Notes: generated from the sequence alone by a model not told the origin. A stretch of 33,371 bases of DNA from a virus (IMGVR_UViG_3300022072_000067:1-33371), one strand, 5' to 3'. Positions 9,202 to 19,316 are shown, counted from the first letter of the stretch. Translations and numbers: made by a program.

Positions 9202-9534
9202 ATGCTAACATTCCCAAAGAAGGCTGAGTTCTACACTAAGTCTGACACCTATAATGACTATGGTGAACCTATCTCTACTGGTGCACTTTCGTTCACTACA
9301 GGTGTTCGCATAACCACACTATCCTTTAAGGACATGGTTAAGGCCACAGGCACTATCGACACTAGCAAGTTCTTTGTGTTCACTCGCAAGAACCCTAACA
9401 CACTAGCTATTGTGACTGGTGACTTTATGAAGGTTGATGGTCAAACCTTTGAGGTAACAGGGGTTGACCCTATCTATGGCAAACGCTCAGATATTACGTT
9501 CCTTGTGGACCTAGTTGAAGACCCTGTGGTTTAA
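9202..9534 (+). CDS. Head closure/stopper protein
   Basis: Synteny; NDYGEP and DGQTFEVTGVDP motifs typical of head-closure proteins. Confidence 0.7.
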   Translation: MLTFPKKAEFYTKSDTYNDYGEPISTGALSFTTGVRITTLSFKDMVKATGTIDTSKFFVFTRKNPNTLAIVTGDFMKVDGQTFEVTGVDPIYGKRSDITFLVDLVEDPVV

Positions 9535-9543
9535 GGAGGTAAC

Positions 9544-9912
9544 ATGCAACTAACAAAAGACTTCGCAGCTAAACTAGCGACAGCTACTTCCCCCACTAGA
9601 GCCTTCCCAGCTATCTCTAAGACCACTGCCCTTCCTGCTGTAGTTTACTCAGGTCGTGGTGGTATTAGAGAGGCGTTCTATAGTGGTTCCTATGGACTAC
9701 GTGAGACACGCTTTCAGGTTGATGTTTACTCTAAGACTTACACAGAGGCATCAACACTGAAGGATAGCATCCTAGCGGCCTTCCACGGCTTCTCAGGAGC
9801 TATGGGTTCCTCCGTTGTCAGCAGGTCAACTGTAGACAACACCCTTGAGAACTTCACTGATGACGATGAGAAAATCTATCGTATCATCATTGATATTACT
9901 TTACTCGACTAA
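9544..9912 (+). CDS. Tail terminator (DUF3168/gp17-like)
   Basis: LPAVVY, RFQVDVYSKTYTEA, IYRIIID motifs; sits just before the major tail protein. Confidence 0.8.
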   Translation: MQLTKDFAAKLATATSPTRAFPAISKTTALPAVVYSGRGGIREAFYSGSYGLRETRFQVDVYSKTYTEASTLKDSILAAFHGFSGAMGSSVVSRSTVDNTLENFTDDDEKIYRIIIDITLLD

Positions 9913-9936
9913 TAACTCCCTAGAAAGGAATTACCT

Positions 9937-10404
9937 ATGGCTTCTGTTCAAGGACGTGCCGCTGGCTTTATTGCCACACTATACTACTCAGCCGCTGTTG
10001 ACGCCACTAAAGACATTACGTCTATGGCTACTACAGCAGCATCTGGCAACGAGGTACTTGACGTGGCGGACATTGGTTCGCTCAATAAGACCCGTACAAT
10101 CATTGACATCCCAGTTTATGGTGATGACGTTAAGGGCAAGCTTCCAGGCCAAGTGGACCCAGGATCGTTTGACTTCAATGTCACACTTAACCTTGATGAT
10201 GCTATCCACACAGCTCTGCGTGATGATGATGGTCTCACTATCCACACTCTCGTGATTAAGTTCACACAGGGTGCTAACATCACTTATGCAGTCTTCGATG
10301 GCTACATTGCTGATGCTACAGTGAGCCAACCGATTGATGACCGTATCCAGATGGATGTGTCTATTGCTCGTGCTGGTGCTATTACATGGCTTGATGCTGC
10401 TTAA
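9937..10404 (+). CDS. Major tail (tube) protein
   Basis: KLPGQVDPGSFDFNV and FDGYI motifs of siphovirus tube proteins; synteny. Confidence 0.85.
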   Translation: MASVQGRAAGFIATLYYSAAVDATKDITSMATTAASGNEVLDVADIGSLNKTRTIIDIPVYGDDVKGKLPGQVDPGSFDFNVTLNLDDAIHTALRDDDGLTIHTLVIKFTQGANITYAVFDGYIADATVSQPIDDRIQMDVSIARAGAITWLDAA

Positions 10405-10410
10405 CACTTT

Positions 10411-10434
10411 GGCCCCTGCTTAACTGTGGGGGCC
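10411..10434 (+). other. GC-rich intergenic hairpin (no U-tract)
   Basis: GGCCCCTGC-TTAACT-GTGGGGGCC. Confidence 0.6.
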
Positions 10435-10459
10435 TCCCCATTCACAAGAAAGAGACATT

Positions 10460-10714
10460 ATGACAACTACAAAGACAATGATTGATGATACGATCTTGCA
10501 AGCTATGCTTTCACAAACTCAGTATTCCCAACCAGCACAAGAGGAAGAATTCTGGTTCTCTCGTGGTAACCAAAAGAAGATGGTGTTTGACCTTGGGGCT
10601 AAGCTATTGGTCTCTGAGGAGATGACACCACTAGAAGCTATTGAGATGGCACAAGAGTACGTTGACACATTCTACAGCACAACACTATCCCCTAGTGGAT
10701 GGAAGAAGGAATAA
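10460..10714 (+). CDS. Hypothetical protein between tail tube and tail chaperone genes
   Basis: 84-aa ORF filling the gap, with phage-like codon usage. Confidence 0.6.
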   Translation: MTTTKTMIDDTILQAMLSQTQYSQPAQEEEFWFSRGNQKKMVFDLGAKLLVSEEMTPLEAIEMAQEYVDTFYSTTLSPSGWKKE

Positions 10715-10717
10715 CAA

Positions 10718-11029
10718 ATGGCACAGTTAGCTAAAGTAAAGAACAACAAGCCACTACCTATTGGTGTAGAAGGTATCTTTATCCACAACATGCCAGCTAA
10801 GAAGATGAATGACATCTTTGGTAGTATCACTGAGCGCATTAAGACTGAGCCTGATGTTGTTATCGTAGAGCTATTCAATAAGCTTATCTGTGATGACAAT
10901 GGTGAGCCTTTTGAGGATGTAGCCACCTATGATGCTATCCTTGACGTGCTTTCGCTTAAGGACATCCAAGGCATTATGTCTGGTATTGCTGAAACAATGA
11001 ACCCGAATGCTAAAGACTTGGGAAAGTAA
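10718..11029 (+). CDS. Tail assembly chaperone (gpG analogue)
   Basis: ICDDNGEPF motif; ends ...DLGK on a GGGAAAG slippery site. Confidence 0.85.
   Translation: MAQLAKVKNNKPLPIGVEGIFIHNMPAKKMNDIFGSITERIKTEPDVVIVELFNKLICDDNGEPFEDVATYDAILDVLSLKDIQGIMSGIAETMNPNAKDLGK
11020..11026 (+). other. Programmed -1 ribosomal frameshift site
   Basis: G GGA AAG immediately before the TAA; the -1 frame is open and in frame with ORF 11062..11424. Confidence 0.85.
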
Positions 11030-11061
11030 AGACACGGTGGTTAACCCAAGTTAGAACCTTT

Positions 11062-11424
11062 ATGCTTGCCAATGGCTCTAACTTGTCCACCGTGGATGAC
11101 CTACCACTAGAAGATGCCAAGGCCCTCTATGTTACCCTACAAGGTGGCTTATGGGGGCCTTATGGGCAAGCCTATCAAGTCTATTCGCTCTATTGCTCTC
11201 AACATCTCCAGAAGGAGGTTGCTGTTGCTGTAGCTCAAGGCAAGAAGTACAAGGCAACGCCTGTGCTACCTTTTTACAAGATGTTTCCAATTGTTGAAGA
11301 CTTCCATTCTCTTGGGCAAGGGCAAGCTAAACGAGAGCGTTCTAAGAAGGACCATCTAGCTATGCAGATGCTTTCTGTATTGCCCTCAGAAGATGCACCA
11401 GCATGGATTAAGGAATTAACATAA
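11062..11424 (+). CDS. gpT analogue (C-terminal part of the frameshifted G-T chaperone)
   Basis: No clear RBS of its own; the frame is open back to the slippery site at 11020. Confidence 0.75.
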   Translation: MLANGSNLSTVDDLPLEDAKALYVTLQGGLWGPYGQAYQVYSLYCSQHLQKEVAVAVAQGKKYKATPVLPFYKMFPIVEDFHSLGQGQAKRERSKKDHLAMQMLSVLPSEDAPAWIKELT

Positions 11425-11897
11425 TGTCTTCAGACTACATTGAGGTAAGGGGCCTGAGGGAGCTTGAGGCGGCTCTCTTAGCGCTGCAAAAGGAATACGG
11501 TGGTAAGGCTGCTACACAGGCCATGAGGCCCGCTGTAGTGGCTGCTATGAAGCCTATAAAGCAACAGGTAACTCAGGAGACCCCAGTTGACCAAGGTACG
11601 CTAAGGGATAGCACAAAGGTCACCATAGGTGCACCAACAAGAAAGATGCTGTCCAGTGCACACTATAACAACACCACAATCATCGCAGGGCGTGCAGGTT
11701 GGTTCTGGTCTAGTCCAAGTCTTTGGTCGCAAGCTCTAGCTGTTGAGTTCGGTACACAAGAGGTGGCAGCACAACACGTCCTTGAGAGTATCTTTATGCG
11801 GGAGCATATGGGAATGCTCAAGAGGTTTAAAGATACACTGGGACCAGCTATTGAGAAGAAAGCTAAAGCCCTCAACAAGAAGCGAATGAAAGGCTAG
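11424..11897 (+). CDS. HK97 gp10-like tail completion protein
   Basis: IEVRGLRELEAAL, TPVDQGTLRDS, AVEFGT motifs. Confidence 0.85.
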   Translation: MSSDYIEVRGLRELEAALLALQKEYGGKAATQAMRPAVVAAMKPIKQQVTQETPVDQGTLRDSTKVTIGAPTRKMLSSAHYNNTTIIAGRAGWFWSSPSLWSQALAVEFGTQEVAAQHVLESIFMREHMGMLKRFKDTLGPAIEKKAKALNKKRMKG

Positions 11898-11900
11898 ACA

Positions 11901-13841
11901 ATGGCAACTATTGCAAACCTATCCATTGGCCTTAGTGCCGATAGTGCTAAGCTAAAGAAAGACCTAGATAAAGCCAAAGGCCACTCTAAGAAGTGGTCTG
12001 ACGATCAGAAGAAACAGTTTGCGGCTATGAAGACCTCACTTATGGCTGTGGGGGCTGTGGCTTCTGTTGTAGGACTAGCTATAGGTAAGGCCCTTGGTAG
12101 CGCAACAGGCGTAGCTAAAGAGCTAAAGGTTATGTCCGATTTAACTGGTGCTTCAACAGATCGTCTACAGAGGATCACACCAGCCCTTCTTAAAGCTGGC
12201 ATCTCTATGGAGAAATACTCGGACATCATCAAAGATGTTAATGATAAAACACATGACTTCCTCCAGAATGGTGGCGGTCCTATGGTGGACTTCTTTGAGA
12301 ACATTGCCCCTAAAGTGGGCATCACCAAAGATGCTTTTGTAGGGCTATCAGGAGAACAGGGGCTTCAGCTATACGTTAACTCGTTAGAGAAGGCTAACCT
12401 ATCCCAAGAGCAAATGACTTTCTATATGGAAGCTATAGCCTCTGATAGCACAATGCTACTACCACTACTCAGGGACAATGCTGCTGGTCTTAATGAGATG
12501 GCAAGTTCAGCAGGTGTGTTGCTTAGTGAGGATACTATTGCAAACCTAACTTCTATGAGTGCTGGTTTTAATAACGTTGGAACATCTATCACTAACATGA
12601 TTGCAAACAACCTATCTGGTTGGATTGGCACTGTCTCTGAGTACCTTATTGCATTCAATGACCGCATGGCTGGTGCTAACACAGCTACAACTAACTTTGG
12701 TAATGCTACTGATAACGTAGTCTTAGCTATGGGTGACGAAATCACACAAGCTAACCTCCTGTTCACCCTAATGGGGACAGGCGTTAGCATGAGCCAATCT
12801 ATGGCTGTAGCAAAGCTGTCAGAAGCTAGGGCGCACCTTCGCTCTGCTGCTGCTAAACGTGATGAGGCTAAAGCTGAAGCAGCACTACAGATGGTGATGC
12901 TACAGTCAAACTACATGCTACAGCGTGAGGGCCTTAATGCAATCAGGGAAGGAACTGATGCTTATGAGGAGCGTGAGCAATCTATTGCTGGCATCCTGAC
13001 TGACATGAATAGCATGAACAACCTGACAAAAGGTTTAGACGAAGGCTTTGCAGAAGCAGCAGCAGAGGTTGAACGTATCCAAGCAGCTATTGATGGTGCA
13101 GTTGATGGGATGGTTGTCTTTGATGGTCAGCTTATCACAGCTACTGCACTAAGTGAGCGGATGGCTGGGGCACTAAGTAAAACACGCCCAATGATGAGGC
13201 CAATGGACTTAGGTGACTATGGTAGTTCTGGTGGCTCTGGTGGCTCTGGTGGTGCTGGTGGCTCTGGTGGTGCTGGTGGCACTAAACCCGCTGCTACTCC
13301 AGACGCCAAGACCTTCTATGAGACCACAGCTGAACAGTTCGTAAGTGGCCTGAAGTCCTCCTTCAGCACAGCGCTTGCTAGTGGTGACTGGAAGGGCTTC
13401 CTTGATAGTGTCCTAGATAGCTTCACTATGGGTGTAATCAACTCCTTCACTGAGGGCCTCTTTGCTCCTATGCAAGATGCTATCGGGGGCTTTATGGAAG
13501 GCATGTTCTCAAGCATGGGTGGGGGCGGTGGTGGTGGTGACATCCTTGCCTCCGCTATGTCTATCTTTGGCTTTGCTGATGGTGGCATTGTGCCAACTAC
13601 ATCAACCTCTAAGTCCTATGCTGACAGTGTCCCTGCAATGCTACAGCCTGGAGAGCTTGTAGTCCCTAAGTCCCAAGTGGACAACTTCATGAATGGTGCT
13701 GGTGGTGGCGGTGGTGGACAGACGTTCAACATCAATGTCACTGGTGACGTATCTAGACTAACTCGCTCTGAGATCGTTAAGATGATGCCAGAGATTGCAG
13801 CAGGTACTAACATGCTCAATAAGGAAAACAACAGGCGCTAA
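11901..13841 (+). CDS. Tape measure protein
   Basis: MATIANLSIGLSADS start, Ala/Gly-rich helical body, C-terminal FADGGIV...DSVPAMLQPGELVV motif. Confidence 0.92.
   Translation: MATIANLSIGLSADSAKLKKDLDKAKGHSKKWSDDQKKQFAAMKTSLMAVGAVASVVGLAIGKALGSATGVAKELKVMSDLTGASTDRLQRITPALLKAGISMEKYSDIIKDVNDKTHDFLQNGGGPMVDFFENIAPKVGITKDAFVGLSGEQGLQLYVNSLEKANLSQEQMTFYMEAIASDSTMLLPLLRDNAAGLNEMASSAGVLLSEDTIANLTSMSAGFNNVGTSITNMIANNLSGWIGTVSEYLIAFNDRMAGANTATTNFGNATDNVVLAMGDEITQANLLFTLMGTGVSMSQSMAVAKLSEARAHLRSAAAKRDEAKAEAALQMVMLQSNYMLQREGLNAIREGTDAYEEREQSIAGILTDMNSMNNLTKGLDEGFAEAAAEVERIQAAIDGAVDGMVVFDGQLITATALSERMAGALSKTRPMMRPMDLGDYGSSGGSGGSGGAGGSGGAGGTKPAATPDAKTFYETTAEQFVSGLKSSFSTALASGDWKGFLDSVLDSFTMGVINSFTEGLFAPMQDAIGGFMEGMFSSMGGGGGGGDILASAMSIFGFADGGIVPTTSTSKSYADSVPAMLQPGELVVPKSQVDNFMNGAGGGGGGQTFNINVTGDVSRLTRSEIVKMMPEIAAGTNMLNKENNRR
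13221..13280 (+). repeat. 9-bp imperfect tandem repeat encoding a GSSGGSGGSGGAGGSGGAGG linker in the tape measure protein
   Basis: GGTGGCTCT/GGTGGTGCT units visible in the sequence. Confidence 0.85.
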
Positions 13842-13851
13842 GCCTCTATAA

Positions 13852-13883
13852 GCCCACTGTAGCCACGCTAGGTTATAGTGGGC
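13852..13883 (+). other. Intergenic hairpin after the tape measure gene (no U-tract)
   Basis: GCCCACTGTAGCC-ACGCTA-GGTTATAGTGGGC. Confidence 0.6.
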
Positions 13884-13907
13884 GATACTTCACAAAGGAT
13901 AAACTAA

Positions 13908-14495
13908 ATGGCATACTATTTCAAAGGCGCTAAAATCTTAGCACCGCTTTCTATCACATCTAATGACCCCGTCTTTGACGTAGACACTGTAAGCCTTAGC
14001 AAGCAAAGGGCCTCACAAGGTGCCCAGCGCTGGGAGCTAGCATTCAGCACAGCTACTTCAGACGCTACAGAAGCTGACATGCTGGTTGGTGTAATCAACA
14101 ACATAGCTTCTGCTGACACTATGGTTATGCCTCAGTTGCCTTCAGTTGCTCGTTTGAACACTGCTAGTGTAAGCCTAGCTATCTTTGCTGATGCTGCTGC
14201 TGGTGATACTGCAGTCACTATTGTTAATGACGGTGTTATTAGCAAAGGTTCTTTCATTAAGTTCAGCAACCACACTAAGGTCTACATGGTCACTAATGCT
14301 GTTGCTGCTGGCACTGCAGCAGTCTCCGTTTACCCATCTTTGCGGTCTGCTGTCACAACTGCACACACTACTAAGACTGGGGCTTCTGTCCTCCTTAGCT
14401 ATTACCGTGACGTTAGTAACCTCAGAGGCCTTACGTTCACTGATGGCATCTTGTCTAGCACAGGGACAGTTAACCTAGTGGAGGCTTTGGTCTAA
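13908..14495 (+). CDS. Putative distal tail protein (Dit)
   Basis: Directly after the tape measure; QRWEL, GSFIKFSNHTKVYMV, VYPSLR, C-terminal LVEAL. Confidence 0.7.
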   Translation: MAYYFKGAKILAPLSITSNDPVFDVDTVSLSKQRASQGAQRWELAFSTATSDATEADMLVGVINNIASADTMVMPQLPSVARLNTASVSLAIFADAAAGDTAVTIVNDGVISKGSFIKFSNHTKVYMVTNAVAAGTAAVSVYPSLRSAVTTAHTTKTGASVLLSYYRDVSNLRGLTFTDGILSSTGTVNLVEALV

Positions 14496-15055
14496 TGAGA
14501 CAGTTTTCAACGGCTGCACAGGCAGTCTTAGACAGTGACCTTATAGACTATGCTTTTCTCATTAAGCTTGAGTTTAACTCTAACTACTACCTGACTTCTA
14601 ACAGTTATGATGTTGTCTATGAGGGTAACACCTACTTAGCCAATAGCGGCCTATTTGACTTTGATAGCCCTAAGTTCTCAACTGTTGTTGACCGTGAGAG
14701 TTACACTGTTGTTATCTCTGAGGTTCTTAATGAGATGCTTCCTGAGTTCAAGCTTAATGTTATTGGTAAGCCTATCACAGTCTTCATGGCCCTTAGGGAT
14801 GCTAATGGGGACTTATTGACAGAGGCTAATGATGTTCTGATGATCTACAAGGGCACTGTTGATAAACCTTCTATCTCTAATGATTTTGAGGAGAAGCTTG
14901 CAACACTAGAGGGGACTTCACCTATGTCCGACTTAGACCTTGTTAAGACCTTCATAACATCTAAGGATGGCATGGACCAAAAGAGCGACACAGATACATC
15001 TTTTGATGAGGTCTATGAAGGAAACGAAATAACAATAAAGTGGGGTAAGGTCTAA
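14495..15055 (+). CDS. Tail tip/baseplate hub-like protein
   Basis: Synteny; YEGNTY and C-terminal ITIKWG pattern seen in tail-tip proteins. Confidence 0.6.
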   Translation: MRQFSTAAQAVLDSDLIDYAFLIKLEFNSNYYLTSNSYDVVYEGNTYLANSGLFDFDSPKFSTVVDRESYTVVISEVLNEMLPEFKLNVIGKPITVFMALRDANGDLLTEANDVLMIYKGTVDKPSISNDFEEKLATLEGTSPMSDLDLVKTFITSKDGMDQKSDTDTSFDEVYEGNEITIKWGKV

Positions 15056-18000
15056 TGTGGTTTCAAATATTCCAAGTGGTCTTATTTGTTGCGTCTGTTA
15101 TCGTTCAAAACAAGAAGCAACAGCAACTAAAGGCTAAACAAAAGGCACAAGAACAAGCCCAGCTTGCAGCAGAAGACGCACGTAAGGGCTTTACTCTAAC
15201 TGTAAATGGTGAAGCTGCACCTGTGCCAATACTTTACGGAAAAGGTCTACTTGGTGGTATTGCTGTAAAGCACCACATCACAGGTAACTATGTCAGCGCT
15301 GCACTTACTGGTACTGACACCTTCAACCAAGGCTTTACCAACAGCAACAGGGTTGGTAGGAAAAATGAGTACCTCCATATTCAATACGCATTATGTCAAG
15401 ATGGCATTGAGGGTGTTGTAGGGGTTAAGGTTAACAACCTAGACTATGACAACACAGAACAAAGGTTCAACCACCTCATAAGAACCTTTGCAGATGGTGG
15501 TGCTGCTGACCCTATTGCTTCAGCTAACGGCATCCCTTTTACAAACACGTTCACAGGCACAGCTTTTGCATCTGCAACATTCAAGCTAGATCGTGATGAC
15601 CCACAGTACAATGGGGCACCTGCAATGGGGTTCATAACTAAAGGTCGTAAGGTTCGTGCTGTTGAGTTAGTAACAGGGTTCTATAACCTTTCTGCAACCT
15701 ACGTCTACTCTAATAACCCTGCACTGTGCTTACTAGACTACTTGCTTAACGCAGACTTTGGTCGTGGCCTATCTGTTGATGAGGTTGACCTGCAGTCTTT
15801 CTATGAAGCTGCTTTAGTCTGTGACACTACAGTTAGCGTAGGTCGTGCAGTGTCTGGTGTAATCAATGGTGGCCCAACAACTAGGGACATTAAGCTTTAT
15901 GAGTGTAATATTACCCTAAGCCCATCTAGTAGCATTAGGGACAACATTGAAGCTATCCTTAACACTATGGCCCTTGCTGAGCTTACATGGAACTCTGAGG
16001 GCAAGTACAAGCTTCTGGTTGACTACCCCACTAGCACTGTGGAACAAGATGCTTTAGTTGATGCTAGCCACTACTTCACAGATGAGGACATTATTCGCAG
16101 TAGTGTGCAAATCTCTTGGCCTAGTGCATCTGAACGTCTTAACCAAGTCACTATATCTTTCCTCAACGAACATGAGGACTTTAAGAGCGATAGTGTCACA
16201 TGGCCTAAGACTTTCTCAGCGACACACACGACCTTCTTAGGTGAGGACAATAACCAACCATTCAGGTCTAGCTTTGATCTTGATGGCACTACAGACCCTT
16301 ACCACGCCTTAGCTACAGCAGAACAGCTTGTTAGAGAAGCAAGGTCTTCTAGGGTAATCTCACTAACAGTAACCAAGAAGGGACTGAGCATTGAGCCTGG
16401 GGACTTCATTAATCTCACATCTGCTACCTGCAACATCTCTGATGAGGTCTACAGGGTGCAAGCTATTGAAGTTAACTCTGACTTCACAATCAAGCTAACG
16501 TGTTCTTACTTTGACTACACTACACTTGCTTGGAATGTTAATGATGACATTGCCTACTCTGTACGCCCAACCTTTGACTTTGCAGTAGAACCTGTAACTG
16601 GTCTAACGTACACAGCAGGACGGCCCGACGAGGACCACACAGCTATTGCAGAACTTACTTGGACTGCACCTACTGATGGTTCCTTTAAGTGCATCGTCTA
16701 TTACACAGATGGTGTTGGTGACCTTAAAGTGCTTGGGGAAACAAGTAACGATAGCTTCTCTGTCTACCCTAGAGCTGAATGGGCTAATGGTGAGAGTGTT
16801 GCTTTCACTGTAAAGGCACAAACACCACTAGGCCGATTGTCAACTGGTGTTTCTACAACTAATGCAGTTGTAAGGATACCAGAAGCTCCAACATCCTTTA
16901 GTGTAGCTGAGACACTCTATCAGACCAACAAGGCTTCTGGTGTTAAAGCTAGAGCTACTATTAGCTTTTCTGAACCAGTGGGAGGTGTTGAACCTAAAGA
17001 CTATAAGGTTGAGTTCTACAGGGATGCTGACGGGTCTACTTATAGGCTCTTGGGCTACACAGTCGGTCAAACCTATGTTTACGACGATATTAGGGCTGGT
17101 GCTTATCACTTCAGGATCACACCTATTAGTTGGTTCGATTACGAAGGTGCTCCGCTCGTTGGCACTAAGACTATCTTAGGTCTGTCAGCTATCCCAGCAG
17201 ACCCTACAGGGTTCGTTAGTAAGGTTACTGACACAGGCATCTTGTTATCTTGGAACACACCTACGGACCTAGATGTTGTCTCTGGTGGTACTACGGAGAT
17301 CAGGTACGTCCGTAATGATGTAGTCACCCCTAATTGGGAAATTGCTCAGACTATCGTGTCTAACATCAGTGGTAAAACAACTACAGCAACGCTACCTATT
17401 GCTGCTGGTTACTACTTGATTAAGCACGTTGATAGCTCTGGTAACTATTGTGTTAATGCTGCACAGGTGCTTAACTCTTTTGTTGGTCCTGAATACAATG
17501 CTATCGCAACTATCACAGAAGACCCTACCTTTGCTGGGACTAAAACTAACTGTACAGTTGTTGGTAGTAACCTAGAACTTGATGCAGGTGTTACCTCTAT
17601 GACCTATCTGTTTAACAACAGCATAGACTTAGGGGCTGTTGAGAACATTAGGCTAGTCCCCAACTTAACTGCCATTATCTCTGATGGCACAACTGTTGTG
17701 GCTGACTATAACCCTGTGGCTACTGTCACTCGCTTTGGTGGTGCTATCGTTGATGCATCTGTCAGCTTTGAAGTTAGGACTACTGATGATGACCCTGCTG
17801 GCACACCTACGTGGTCCGACTGGGAAACCTTCACAGTGGGCAACTACAGGAATAGAGCCTTTGAGTTCAGGTTAACTGGTGTTGTAGCTTCTTCAGCTTT
17901 CAGCATAAGCATATCTGACCTAAGCCTAACAGCAGACAAAGCTGACGTTAACAAACGTGGCACCTCTACCTCTAGTGCTAGTGTGGACACAACTGTTACC

Positions 18001-18189
18001 TTTGCTTCAAGCTTCTACGGTGGTATTGGTGGCACTGATGTTCCTTATGTTGGCTTTAATGTTGTTGGTGGTTCCTCTGGTGACACAGTGACAACCTCAA
18101 GCATCACAAAAGATGGCTTCAGTTACTCAGTGTACAACTCAGGTGCTAGGGTTGCTAGGACGATCACTTGGCAAGCAGTAGGCCAATAA
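15055..18189 (+). CDS. Central tail fibre/tip protein (lambda gpJ-like, FN3 repeats)
   Basis: PVPILYG, YSNNPALCLLDYL, IEPGDFI motifs, FN3-like LTWTAP/LSWNTP segments; 1044 aa. Confidence 0.88.
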   Translation: MWFQIFQVVLFVASVIVQNKKQQQLKAKQKAQEQAQLAAEDARKGFTLTVNGEAAPVPILYGKGLLGGIAVKHHITGNYVSAALTGTDTFNQGFTNSNRVGRKNEYLHIQYALCQDGIEGVVGVKVNNLDYDNTEQRFNHLIRTFADGGAADPIASANGIPFTNTFTGTAFASATFKLDRDDPQYNGAPAMGFITKGRKVRAVELVTGFYNLSATYVYSNNPALCLLDYLLNADFGRGLSVDEVDLQSFYEAALVCDTTVSVGRAVSGVINGGPTTRDIKLYECNITLSPSSSIRDNIEAILNTMALAELTWNSEGKYKLLVDYPTSTVEQDALVDASHYFTDEDIIRSSVQISWPSASERLNQVTISFLNEHEDFKSDSVTWPKTFSATHTTFLGEDNNQPFRSSFDLDGTTDPYHALATAEQLVREARSSRVISLTVTKKGLSIEPGDFINLTSATCNISDEVYRVQAIEVNSDFTIKLTCSYFDYTTLAWNVNDDIAYSVRPTFDFAVEPVTGLTYTAGRPDEDHTAIAELTWTAPTDGSFKCIVYYTDGVGDLKVLGETSNDSFSVYPRAEWANGESVAFTVKAQTPLGRLSTGVSTTNAVVRIPEAPTSFSVAETLYQTNKASGVKARATISFSEPVGGVEPKDYKVEFYRDADGSTYRLLGYTVGQTYVYDDIRAGAYHFRITPISWFDYEGAPLVGTKTILGLSAIPADPTGFVSKVTDTGILLSWNTPTDLDVVSGGTTEIRYVRNDVVTPNWEIAQTIVSNISGKTTTATLPIAAGYYLIKHVDSSGNYCVNAAQVLNSFVGPEYNAIATITEDPTFAGTKTNCTVVGSNLELDAGVTSMTYLFNNSIDLGAVENIRLVPNLTAIISDGTTVVADYNPVATVTRFGGAIVDASVSFEVRTTDDDPAGTPTWSDWETFTVGNYRNRAFEFRLTGVVASSAFSISISDLSLTADKADVNKRGTSTSSASVDTTVTFASSFYGGIGGTDVPYVGFNVVGGSSGDTVTTSSITKDGFSYSVYNSGARVARTITWQAVGQ

Positions 18190-18196
18190 GAAAACA

Positions 18197-18220
18197 GTAG
18201 GCCCCTTAACGGGGGCTTAC
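18197..18220 (+). other. Intergenic hairpin (no U-tract)
   Basis: GTAGGCCCCT-TAAC-GGGGGCTTAC. Confidence 0.6.
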
Positions 18221-18251
18221 GACACTCATTCAATAACTAAAGGACTAAACA

Positions 18252-19316
18252 ATGGCTACTACAACACGCGTATTAGACGCGAATGTTAACGGCACTGTCT
18301 ACACCTCTAATGCTAATGATGCACTAGAGGCCCTAGACACTTGCCACTCTGGGGCTACAGCTCCTACTGATGAGGTTGCTAATGGCAAGCTCTGGCTAGA
18401 CACCTCAACAACTCCTGGGGTATTAAAGATTTACAATAACGCTGCTTGGGTTGCTGTCTCATCGGGTAGCACTCCTGCTGACTTACTGACTGACATTAAG
18501 ACTGTCGATGGCGCTGGTTCTGGCTTAGATGCTGACTTATTGGACGGTAGCCATGCCAGTGACTTTTACCTTGCGACAAACCCAAGTGGTTACACTACTA
18601 ACGTGGGTAGTATCACAGGGGTTACAGCAGGTTCTGGGATGACTGGTGGTGGCACAACTGGTGCAGTCACTTTAACTCACGCAGACACATCAGCCCAAGC
18701 TAGTGTGAACAACACTGGTAGCACCTATATTCAAGACGTAACCCTTGATGGCTTTGGTCACGTTACTGCACTTGTGTCTAGCACTGTGCCAGCACCAAAC
18801 TTTGGAACTGAATTTATCTCAAACACAGTAATTTCTTCAGGCGCTTCTGAAGTTGTCTTCACGGGTTTGAGTAACACTCTATATTCGGAATACTTTTTTG
18901 TGCTTAGTTATCTTTTGCCTGTTACGAATAACGGTGTACTTACCGCAGATTTATCGGATAACAACGGGTCTACGTGGGATACAAGTTACTACGAAGTAGG
19001 CAATACTTCTACAAGAAATTATATGTCCCTGTCGGATGGGAGCAGTTCTGCTACGTATGTTGGGAATGTTGGCTTAGAAGCTGGGTTCACTGGCCGAGTT
19101 GCACTATACCTCAGTAGTAGCAATTCGAGGCGAACATATGTGAAATCTTCTGGGGCTTGGTGGGACGGAAGCTCTACTTCAACTTTACGAAGTTTTGATT
19201 CTGCATTCAGTTCAACCGGCTTTAAAAATTATAACGCTATAAAATTCTATTTTACTCTCTTTGGTGGCACCTTTGAAAGCGGAACAATCTCAATGTACGG
19301 AGTGAAAAAGTCATGA
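18252..19316 (+). CDS. Tail fibre / receptor-binding protein
   Basis: GKLWLDTS, VDGAGSGLDADLLDG fibre motif, VTLDGFGHVT, C-terminal SGTISMYG. Confidence 0.85.
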   Translation: MATTTRVLDANVNGTVYTSNANDALEALDTCHSGATAPTDEVANGKLWLDTSTTPGVLKIYNNAAWVAVSSGSTPADLLTDIKTVDGAGSGLDADLLDGSHASDFYLATNPSGYTTNVGSITGVTAGSGMTGGGTTGAVTLTHADTSAQASVNNTGSTYIQDVTLDGFGHVTALVSSTVPAPNFGTEFISNTVISSGASEVVFTGLSNTLYSEYFFVLSYLLPVTNNGVLTADLSDNNGSTWDTSYYEVGNTSTRNYMSLSDGSSSATYVGNVGLEAGFTGRVALYLSSSNSRRTYVKSSGAWWDGSSTSTLRSFDSAFSSTGFKNYNAIKFYFTLFGGTFESGTISMYGVKKS

